From the NCBI GenBank assembly GCA_050633245.1, contig JBOEGD010000016.1, positions 197,439 through 210,538 of the forward strand: a stretch of 13,100 bases of DNA, read 5' to 3'. The translations under genes were made by a program, and so were the position numbers. The notes under the pieces were generated by a model, which worked only from the letters and a program-made list of their open reading frames with translations, searched no databases and was not told the DNA's origin. This document shows positions 6,256 to 13,100 of the stretch, one piece after another (within the stretch, counting starts at the first letter, position 1; each line of letters starts with the position of its first letter). Source of the stretch: Calditrichia bacterium. Its GTDB lineage: Bacteria; Calditrichota; Calditrichia; RBG-13-44-9; J075.

Positions 6256-9030
6256 ATGTGTTATCGCTACCTACTACTGCTACTCTTCAGTTTTTCCCTG
6301 CTCATATCAGTTGGTTTTGCACAAACAGCTGAAAAAAAGCAGATGGATCATGACGTTTATGCCATCTGGAACCGCATCAATAAGCAACAACTGTCGCGCG
6401 ACGGAAATTGGGTAGCGTATGAACAAGGACCGGAAAAGGGCGATGGAACATTGATAGTGCATTCGGCAAATGACAAAACCCGTTACACGATTCCTCGTGG
6501 AAAGAACGCTGTATTTTCAAGCAGTTCACGTTGGGTAGCAGCACACATAAAAGCCCCTGCAGACAGCACTCGCGCCGCCAAAGTTGCGGAACTGGACAAA
6601 GAAGATATGCCACAAGATTCTCTGGCACTGCTGGATCTGTCGAACGGTAAACTCGCAAAGTTTCCACGCTTAAAGTCGTTTCAATTTCCGAAGGAGAGCG
6701 ATACGTATTTTTCCTGGCTGCAACACATGGAGGCTCCGAACGACAGCACCGAACACAAGGGCGGACATCTACTGCATCTACACGACCTGTCCAACAACAC
6801 TGCTCCGCGGCAAATCAGTCATATCAAAGCCTGGTTCATAAATCCAACCGGTAGCCATATTGCAGCTGTGAATAACTTGCCTGATACGACAAGGGATGAG
6901 CTTTGGATTTCCAAGACTCAAAACCTGCAGCAGCGCTTAATTGCAGCAGGCAAAGCAGACTTTAAGCATCTCACTATTGATGAGAAAGGACGCTATGCAG
7001 CCTTCATTTCAAATTTTGAAAACCCGGACTCAATGAAACCGCGTCCATTCAAGCTCTATGTAAAAGACATTGCAAAGAAAGAACCGATTTACGCTGACGC
7101 CAAGCTGGTTGGGGAAAAGCTGACACGAATATCAGACGCAAGTGAACACAAGGCCCCTTTCTTTTCCGAGAACGGCAAAAGGCTGTTTTTTGGTTTTCAA
7201 GCATTTACGGAAATAGCAGAAGACGATAGTCTTCTTGATGACGAAAAAGTTGTCGTCGACATCTGGCACTGGCAAGATCCGTTGATTCAGCCAAACCAGC
7301 AGAAGCAGCTAAAAAAAGAGAAAGAGCGCTCCTATCTTGCTTATATGCGATTGAAGGATATGTCGGTAACTCCATTAGAAACGGTAGAGATTCCCGATGT
7401 TAACCTACCTGGCAAAGGCAATGAAGATTTTGCTCTTGGTCAGTCGAATCTCCCCTATCGTCAAGAAATATCATGGGATTTTCCAAGATACCAAGACTAT
7501 TTTCTAATGAATGTTAAGAACGGCACATCAAAACGCTTACTTGAAGGAATTCAATCTACCGCATATCTTTCTCCAAAAGGGAAATTTGTCGTTTGGTGGG
7601 AACGGAATGACTCTTCCTGGTATAGTTTAGAAACGGCTTCGGGCAAAAAAACGAATCTAACTAAGCACCTTGACGCAACCTTCTATAATCCACTGCACGA
7701 TTGGGCTTTTAAAGCCAGTCCGGCAAACGGCAACATTCATTTTCTGGATGATGAAAGCGTATTGATATCAGAACGACATGACGTGTGGCGATTTCATTTA
7801 CGCGACAAAGGAAGAGCCGAGTCGGTTACCGGCGGCAGCGGTAAGAAAAACGGCATTAGCTATCGCACGATTGATACAACAGAGGAAGGCGAAGCGACAT
7901 CAGCAAGCGCTCCGGTTCTGGCCTTTGCGTTTCACGATAAAAGTCGCGCCAGCGGCTTTGCAGAGCTTCAGTTAAAAAAACGTCGCGTAAACAACTTGCT
8001 TATATCAGATCATCGCTACAGGCTGAGAAGCAAAGCCAAAGATGCTGAGCGCTATCTCATCTCGATGGAATCATTTCAGGATTTTCCCGATTTACATGTA
8101 GCAGATTCAGGGTTTAAGCAGGTCACACGAGTCAGTGACGCCAATCCACAGCAGAAAGACTATCTGTGGGGTACTGCCGAGCAAATGCAGTATACCTCAA
8201 CAGACGGAAGGCCTATTGAAGGAATGCTGTTTAAGCCTGAGAATTTTGATACAGGCAAACGCTATCCGCTAATGGTTTACTTTTACGAGCGGAATGCCGA
8301 TCGCATTCATTCGCATCGTGCCCCCTACCCACACCGCTCGGTCATTAACATTACCTTTTATACCAGCCGTGGCTATGTTGTTTTTGTTCCGGATATTCAC
8401 TATACCGTGGGCTATCCCGGTGAAAGCGCAATGAAGTGCGTGATGCCGGGAGTGGAACAACTGATCGCCAGTGGCTATATCGATTCGGATAATATCGGCG
8501 TTCAGGGTCACTCCTGGGGTGGCTATCAGATAGCCTATATGGTGACGCGCACCAATTTGTTTAAGGCCGCAGCAGGAGGCGCCCCGGTATCGAATATGAT
8601 AAGTGCCTACGGTGGTGTTCGCTGGCGCACGGGTATGAGCAGAATGTTTCAATACGAACATACGCAAAGCCGAATTGGCGGTACGCTATGGGAAAAGCCG
8701 CTTCACTATATCGATAACTCACCGATTTTTAGAGTGCCGGACATTCATACGCCACTGCTGATTCTACATAATGATCACGATGGTGCCGTTCCATGGTATC
8801 AGGGAATTGAGTTGTTTTTAGCAATGCGCAGGCTCGGTAAGCCTGCCTGGATGATCAACTATAATGATGAACCACACTGGCCGGTAAAGTATCAAAACAA
8901 AGTGGACTGGCAAACGCGTCTTCAACAATATTTCGATCATTACCTAAAAGACGCTCCGGCCCCCAAGTGGATAAAAGAAGGCGTTCCCGCGCTGCAGAAA
9001 GGCACAACGTTGGGTCTTGAAACGGAGTAG
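6256..9030 (+). CDS. Exported S9 family (prolyl oligopeptidase / acylaminoacyl-peptidase-like) serine peptidase with large N-terminal propeller region
   Basis: Start reassigned to ATG 6256 (GGAG SD, then the signal peptide MCYRYLLLLLFSFSLLISVGFA). Motifs include VDIWHWQD, DANPQQ...WG, KPENFD..KRYP..VYFYE, catalytic GHSWGG / HDGAV / DEPH, and FQYE..QSRIG. Confidence 0.92.
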   Translation: MCYRYLLLLLFSFSLLISVGFAQTAEKKQMDHDVYAIWNRINKQQLSRDGNWVAYEQGPEKGDGTLIVHSANDKTRYTIPRGKNAVFSSSSRWVAAHIKAPADSTRAAKVAELDKEDMPQDSLALLDLSNGKLAKFPRLKSFQFPKESDTYFSWLQHMEAPNDSTEHKGGHLLHLHDLSNNTAPRQISHIKAWFINPTGSHIAAVNNLPDTTRDELWISKTQNLQQRLIAAGKADFKHLTIDEKGRYAAFISNFENPDSMKPRPFKLYVKDIAKKEPIYADAKLVGEKLTRISDASEHKAPFFSENGKRLFFGFQAFTEIAEDDSLLDDEKVVVDIWHWQDPLIQPNQQKQLKKEKERSYLAYMRLKDMSVTPLETVEIPDVNLPGKGNEDFALGQSNLPYRQEISWDFPRYQDYFLMNVKNGTSKRLLEGIQSTAYLSPKGKFVVWWERNDSSWYSLETASGKKTNLTKHLDATFYNPLHDWAFKASPANGNIHFLDDESVLISERHDVWRFHLRDKGRAESVTGGSGKKNGISYRTIDTTEEGEATSASAPVLAFAFHDKSRASGFAELQLKKRRVNNLLISDHRYRLRSKAKDAERYLISMESFQDFPDLHVADSGFKQVTRVSDANPQQKDYLWGTAEQMQYTSTDGRPIEGMLFKPENFDTGKRYPLMVYFYERNADRIHSHRAPYPHRSVINITFYTSRGYVVFVPDIHYTVGYPGESAMKCVMPGVEQLIASGYIDSDNIGVQGHSWGGYQIAYMVTRTNLFKAAAGGAPVSNMISAYGGVRWRTGMSRMFQYEHTQSRIGGTLWEKPLHYIDNSPIFRVPDIHTPLLILHNDHDGAVPWYQGIELFLAMRRLGKPAWMINYNDEPHWPVKYQNKVDWQTRLQQYFDHYLKDAPAPKWIKEGVPALQKGTTLGLETE

Positions 9031-9031
9031 T

Positions 9032-9075
9032 GTGTATGTGTAGAGCCGCAAGGCATTGCGGCTCTACACATACAC
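9032..9075. repeat. Perfect 20-bp inverted repeat with a GTAG...CTAC REP-like core; probable bidirectional terminator or stabilising hairpin
   Basis: GTGTATGTGTAGAGCCGCAA-GGCA-TTGCGGCTCTACACATACAC, lying between the convergent S9 peptidase and panD genes. Confidence 0.8.
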
Positions 9076-9112
9076 GATTTTGCCGCTCTCTAGACACCGC
9101 GATAAATTGTCT

Positions 9113-9484
9113 TTACAGCACAACGGGTTGACGCGCTTTTTCCTTCAAATAGCGCACAAAACGATTGTCGCTATCAACCAATATTGCTTGCGGCTCAATC
9201 GGCTTATCCGTCAGTTCGTAGCCCATAATAATCAGCTCCTCACCTTTCTTAATCAAATGTGCCGCTGCTCCGTTCATGCAGATATCGCCTTCACCCCGTT
9301 CACCGGCAATAACATATGTTTCCAGTCTGGACCCGGACGTATTGCTAACGACCTGAACCTTCTCGCCAGCAATAAAACCACAGGCATCCATCAGATCTTC
9401 ATCAATCGTAATGCTTCCAACATAGTTCAAATTGGCTTCCGTGCAGACCGCTTTATGTATTTTTGACCGCATAATCCATCTCAT
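9113..9484 (-). CDS. panD: Aspartate 1-decarboxylase proenzyme
   Basis: SKIH...TEANLNYVG|SITIDEDL self-cleavage site, [17 protein letters not shown]. Start moved to ATG 9484, which has a GAGG SD and matches the family N-terminus. Confidence 0.95.
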   Translation of the reverse strand: MRWIMRSKIHKAVCTEANLNYVGSITIDEDLMDACGFIAGEKVQVVSNTSGSRLETYVIAGERGEGDICMNGAAAHLIKKGEELIIMGYELTDKPIEPQAILVDSDNRFVRYLKEKARQPVVL

Positions 9485-9515
9485 AATTAATATTCCTCTC
9501 GTCTTATTAGCTGTT

Positions 9516-10358
9516 CTATTCGCTCTCAATCAAAACATTATCTATCAATCGAACCTCTCCAAAAAACACTGCAACCGATAAAAGCATTTTTGGAACAACT
9601 TCCGATATTTCCTTTAACGTTGTGGCATCCGTAACGCTGATATACTCTACCCGCGATGTTGAAGCCGTAGTAATAATTCTATTCATACTTTCGAGTAGCA
9701 ATGCTACCTCGCGTTCTCCTTCAACAACAAGCTGCTTTGCCATCTGTAGCGCCTTGTTCAACACAACCGCTTCTGCGCGTTCAGTTTTGCCTAACCGAAC
9801 ATTACGGCTACTCATTGCAAGGCCATCTTCTTCACGCAGGATCGGGCAAACAACCAGATCTATTGGAAAGGCCAGATCGCGCACCATTTGCCGAATAACC
9901 GCGACTTGCTGGGCATCCTTCTGACCGAAATAAGCACGCTGCGGCTGCACAACATTGAAAAGCTTTCCAACCACCGTGGTTACGCCGCGAAAATGTCCGG
10001 GGCGCATCGCCCCTTCCAGCGGTAAACTAATTTCTTCCACATCGATATAAGTTTGAAAATTTTCAGGATACATCTCACCAGCGTCCGGTAACCAAACAGC
10101 ATCGACACCTGCCGTTTTCAGTAGTTGCAGGTCACGCTCTATATCTTGTGGATAGCTGGATAAGTCCTCAGCGTTATTGAACTGGATTGGATTGACAAAA
10201 ACACTTACCACTACTCGCTCATTTTCCTGCTTGGCCCGCTTCACGAGGCTCAAGTGCCCGGCGTGTAGAAATCCCATCGTTGCGACCAGCCCCCATTGCA
10301 GACTCTGTTCAGAATTGCGATAGTCTCTTATCTCCGCTATAGTTTTATACACCTTCAT
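9516..10358 (-). CDS. panC: Pantoate--beta-alanine ligase
   Basis: [57 protein letters not shown]. The start is 10358 or 10367; either overlaps the end of panE. Confidence 0.95.
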   Translation of the reverse strand: MKVYKTIAEIRDYRNSEQSLQWGLVATMGFLHAGHLSLVKRAKQENERVVVSVFVNPIQFNNAEDLSSYPQDIERDLQLLKTAGVDAVWLPDAGEMYPENFQTYIDVEEISLPLEGAMRPGHFRGVTTVVGKLFNVVQPQRAYFGQKDAQQVAVIRQMVRDLAFPIDLVVCPILREEDGLAMSSRNVRLGKTERAEAVVLNKALQMAKQLVVEGEREVALLLESMNRIITTASTSRVEYISVTDATTLKEISEVVPKMLLSVAVFFGEVRLIDNVLIESE

Positions 10359-11319
10359 ACGCGCCATCCCCGATCTTGCTCAACAACTCGTTTAATAGCT
10401 CTTCTTTGCTTCGTATTTCTTTATTACCGGCGAGAAGAAGTTCATACAGCGCATTATTCAGCGGTACTTCAAGGTGATGTTCCTGTGCTAACTTCACTAT
10501 GGCTCCGCAAAGACTTTCAATTTCTGTTGGGCGATCAGCTCGAACGTCCTGTAACATAGACGACACATTCTCTGAAGTGGCAGCACATACGTTCACAATT
10601 TGCGCTTCAATATTTGAGGTTACTTCGATTCCAAGAAATTGCGCTAAAGAAGCAGCCTCTCTGGCGGCAGCGCAAGCAATAGCCAGAACCTGCGGCTGCT
10701 GCAATACCTCACCATTACGCAGGTCGAATAGCGCTGTAACGGGATTTATTGCCAAATTAATCAATAGTTTATTCCAAATAGCCACATTCGCATCGCTACA
10801 GAAACGGGTCGCAAGGCCGGCTCGATTCAGCCTGGCATACAAGGACTTCGCATACGGGTGAATTGCATTCGGGATCAGCGTATTTCCGGCACCGGCATGG
10901 ATTACTCGTCCTATGGCAGGCCGATTGGCTGCTTCGGTGGTAATGCCCTGCAATACTGTGCTTTCCATTCTCTGACGTAGCACACAATCATTGCCAAGAC
11001 CATTCTGCAGCGTTAGAATTAAACTGTCGGGGGACATACAATGAGCAAGATCTGAGGCGACTCTGGCAGTTTGCCAACTCTTGTTCAGAATCAGCAAAAC
11101 ATCCAGCTTAGGTGCATCGATTGGCGTTATGGCTTTAACAGCGACTCTTTCTCTCTTACCATCCAAATGGGTAAGCAAAATACCACGAATGTTTATTGCA
11201 CGAATTTGCTCTGCCCAATTGCCAATCACAATCGGTCGCTGTTGGCCATTGGGTGTGGTCAGTGCCAGCTTCGCAGCGAACAAGCTTGCCATTGAGCCTA
11301 CACCGCTTATTCCAAGCAT
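10345..11319 (-). CDS. panE: 2-dehydropantoate 2-reductase (ketopantoate reductase)
   Basis: Rossmann motif GVGSMA, KSWQT, TLQNGLGN, catalytic Lys in WNKLLIN..INP, SSMLQD...RPTEIE..CG, VPLN. The ATG at 11319 overlaps the panB stop (TGATG); alternative start 11328. Confidence 0.9.
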   Translation of the reverse strand: MLGISGVGSMASLFAAKLALTTPNGQQRPIVIGNWAEQIRAINIRGILLTHLDGKRERVAVKAITPIDAPKLDVLLILNKSWQTARVASDLAHCMSPDSLILTLQNGLGNDCVLRQRMESTVLQGITTEAANRPAIGRVIHAGAGNTLIPNAIHPYAKSLYARLNRAGLATRFCSDANVAIWNKLLINLAINPVTALFDLRNGEVLQQPQVLAIACAAAREAASLAQFLGIEVTSNIEAQIVNVCAATSENVSSMLQDVRADRPTEIESLCGAIVKLAQEHHLEVPLNNALYELLLAGNKEIRSKEELLNELLSKIGDGAYEGV

Positions 11320-12188
11320 CAGGCCCATTCCAGTTTTCCTTCAAGAAGTGCCTGCAACTCTTCTTTTTTCATGCTAAAGCTGTGTTCTGCTGCAGGAAAC
11401 TCTCCCGACTTTACATCTTCGGCATAGCGCGTAATCGCATCAAGGATAAGCGGTTTTAGTTGTGCATACTGTTTCACAAACTTAGGTGTAAACTTATCAA
11501 AAAGCCCCAATAGATCGTGATAAACCAATACTTGTCCATCGCAACTATTTCCGGCACCGATTCCAATTGTTGGAATTTCCAGCTCGGCGCTTATCAATTC
11601 TGCAAGTGGGCTGGGAATGGCCTCCAGGACAATTCCAAAACAGCCGGCAGTTTGTAAGAATCTGGCGTCCTCAAGGATAATTTTGGCGCTCTGTGCGGTT
11701 TTACCCTGAACCTTGTAACCACTTAGTGCAGTTGCCGTTTGTGGGGTTAAGCCAAGATGACCTAAGACCGGTATTCCAGCTTTTACAATCGATTCAATCG
11801 CCGGGAGTTGATTTCTGCCACCTTCGAGCTTTACAGCATCCATTCGCGCTTCCTTAATAAAGCGACCGGCATTTTTAACAGCTTCATTCGGATCGGTGTG
11901 ATAAGACATAAACGGCATATCGCCAACCAGGAATGCGTTCTTTGCTCCGCGCTGCACTGCTTTGCAGTGATGAAGCATTTCATCCATCGTAACCGAAACG
12001 GTGTCGGGGTGTCCTAAAACCGTCATAGCTAATGAATCGCCAACCAGAATCATATCCATACCGGCCTCATCGGCCATAGATGCCCCTGGATAATCGTATG
12101 CGGTAAGCATCGTTATCTTGTCCCCTACCCTCTTTTTTCGGCGAAGCTCTGCGAGAGTCATCTTTTTCATCTTGCCCGAAACACTCAT
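11319..12188 (-). CDS. panB: 3-methyl-2-oxobutanoate hydroxymethyltransferase
   Basis: KITMLTAYD, ILVGDSL, GDMPFMSY, AVKLEGG, GHLGLTPQ, IPTIGIGAG..CDGQVLV.HDLLG, PKFVK. AAGGAG SD at 12199-12194. Confidence 0.97.
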   Translation of the reverse strand: MSVSGKMKKMTLAELRRKKRVGDKITMLTAYDYPGASMADEAGMDMILVGDSLAMTVLGHPDTVSVTMDEMLHHCKAVQRGAKNAFLVGDMPFMSYHTDPNEAVKNAGRFIKEARMDAVKLEGGRNQLPAIESIVKAGIPVLGHLGLTPQTATALSGYKVQGKTAQSAKIILEDARFLQTAGCFGIVLEAIPSPLAELISAELEIPTIGIGAGNSCDGQVLVYHDLLGLFDKFTPKFVKQYAQLKPLILDAITRYAEDVKSGEFPAAEHSFSMKKEELQALLEGKLEWA

Positions 12189-12204
12189 AATTTCTCCTTT
12201 GAGT

Positions 12205-12322
12205 TATTCGTCTAACTTAGACAGCCATATGCCCTCTTGCACTAGCGCAACGAAATTGAATATCTCGTTCGCGTCTTGAGGAACGCTTTTTCTTAAGCGT
12301 TCTCATCTATTTAGACAGGCGA
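12205..12322 (-). ncRNA. Structured 5' leader of the pan operon; candidate pan RNA motif (tandem hairpins)
   Basis: Two related hairpins, CUGUCUA-AA-UAGAUGA (12318-12303) and CUGUCUA-AGU-UAGACGA (12224-12208), flank two further stems (12302-12281 and 12273-12246) directly upstream of the panB SD. The family assignment rests on genomic position and architecture, not on a covariance search. Confidence 0.55.
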
Positions 12323-12401
12323 AAAAGCAATTTGTCATCAACATTGTGTGTTTTTTACAATAAATAAAGGGGAAAGTTTCATCGAAGGCGGGATATTGCT
12401 A

Positions 12402-12431
12402 TGTGTCGACGCATAATTGTGCGTCGACACA
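12402..12431. repeat. Perfect 12-bp inverted repeat after the M1 peptidase stop; terminator-like or degenerate REP
   Basis: TGTGTCGACGCA-TAATTG-TGCGTCGACACA, 14 nt downstream of the stop at 12446. No U-tract. Confidence 0.65.
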
Positions 12432-12445
12432 GTACACATACAACA

Positions 12446-13099
12446 TTATTGCTTTTCGCGCTCTTTAGCGCGTCTATCTCGCTGCATCAGATTTTCTTTA
12501 TCGCTCTTTTTCTCTTTGAACAGCTTAAAGCGGCTGGGCGTTGCGCGAGGTGGCCAGTAGTTATTGCTGACATCGGTGTCTGCCGTTTCCAGATTCGGAT
12601 CGAGGGAAATTGATTTAATTTCCTGAGTGCTGGCAAATATCTTGCTAACTTTTTCAGAATTGTGACGCCAGATTTCGGCCGGGATATGCATGCGCTTTGT
12701 ATTGCCATCAGCATATTCGAATTCAAGGATAAGCGGCATAACCAAACCACCTATATTGCGAAAGTGGACTTCGTAATAATTCATATCTTTGGTGAGCATC
12801 TTCATCTGTTTTTCGCTTAGTCCGGTCGCATACTTCTCATATTCTTCCCGATCCAGAATAGAAACCTCATACGGGTCGTAGCGATTGAAAAAATCAACAG
12901 CCTCTTTATCTCTCTCAATCTCGGTTTGTTCAATAGCACGCTTATTACGCAAATAGGTAATAAAGCGATCCGTCTGCTCATCTTCCTTTTTCATTGCCGG
13001 TTTCTCAAGTTCAGGATTGCGCGTATCCACCTGGAACCAGCTCACCTTTTCCAGAGCAATGTCTACATGGTCGGTAGTATAAAACCAACCGCGCCAAAA
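12446..13099 (-). CDS. M1 family aminopeptidase, C-terminal part (gene starts beyond the window)
   Basis: The frame stays open to the window edge and reads FWRGWFYTTDHVDIAL...; this plus NIGGLVMPLILEFEYADG, IPAEIWR and LDPNLETADTD.SNNYWP matches my recollection of Bacteroidota-type M1 aminopeptidase C-termini. The HEXXH motif is outside the window. Confidence 0.8.
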   Translation of the reverse strand, partial: FWRGWFYTTDHVDIALEKVSWFQVDTRNPELEKPAMKKEDEQTDRFITYLRNKRAIEQTEIERDKEAVDFFNRYDPYEVSILDREEYEKYATGLSEKQMKMLTKDMNYYEVHFRNIGGLVMPLILEFEYADGNTKRMHIPAEIWRHNSEKVSKIFASTQEIKSISLDPNLETADTDVSNNYWPPRATPSRFKLFKEKKSDKENLMQRDRRAKEREKQ

Positions 13100-13100
13100 C

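Noticed and set aside
9056-9466. 136-aa plus-strand ORF
   Set aside because: Antisense shadow of panD that starts inside the hairpin; no recognisable motifs or SD.
9485-9529. Upstream start of panD at 9529
   Set aside because: It overlaps panC. Family similarity and the SD indicate ATG 9484.
12246-12260. CGCAAC-GAA-ATTGAA as a second Fur-type box upstream of panB
   Set aside because: Three mismatches to TGCAAC-N3-GTTGCA; better explained as one arm of RNA stem B.
12325-12400. Promoter for the pan operon
   Set aside because: AT-rich with a TTGTAA hexamer on the minus strand, but I found no convincing -10 at 16-18 nt, so it is not called.
478-12750. The other short alternative-frame or antisense ORFs in the track (e.g. 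478-918, 3358-3633, 8269-8667, 10499-10861, 12401-12613)
   Set aside because: They lie within or antisense to well-supported genes and show no family motifs.
13043-13045. GTG at 13045 as the start of a 199-aa protein
   Set aside because: The frame is open to the window edge and encodes the conserved FWRGWFY segment upstream, so this is an internal codon of a longer gene.
1-13100. CRISPR array, tRNA, rRNA, IS or prophage
   Set aside because: No regularly spaced repeats, cloverleaf or rRNA signatures, transposase, integrase or phage genes seen.

Overview
Bacterial chromosomal window with no CRISPR array, rRNA, tRNA or transposase. It carries strong Shine-Dalgarno sites and sigma70-type promoters next to proteins of Bacteroidota/FCB-like families; the host is not identifiable from this window. 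Left block (minus strand): a tightly coupled run of lipoprotein oligopeptidase B, bioY, menH and menA, followed by a partial membrane protein. Centre (plus strand): a Fur-family regulator coupled to a type I glutaminyl cyclase, then a large exported S9 peptidase. Right block (minus strand): a complete panB-panE-panC-panD operon downstream of the C-terminal part of an M1 aminopeptidase. The most interesting signals are non-coding. (1) A perfect TTTGCAAC-N3-GTTGCAAA palindrome sits across two overlapping divergent promoters next to the Fur gene. (2) The panB leader is highly structured, with two copies of a CUGUCUA-loop-UAGAYGA hairpin resembling the pan RNA motif. (3) Two related long REP-like palindromes follow gene ends. 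In addition, the glutaminyl cyclase and its downstream neighbour both appear to expose an N-terminal Gln after signal cleavage.
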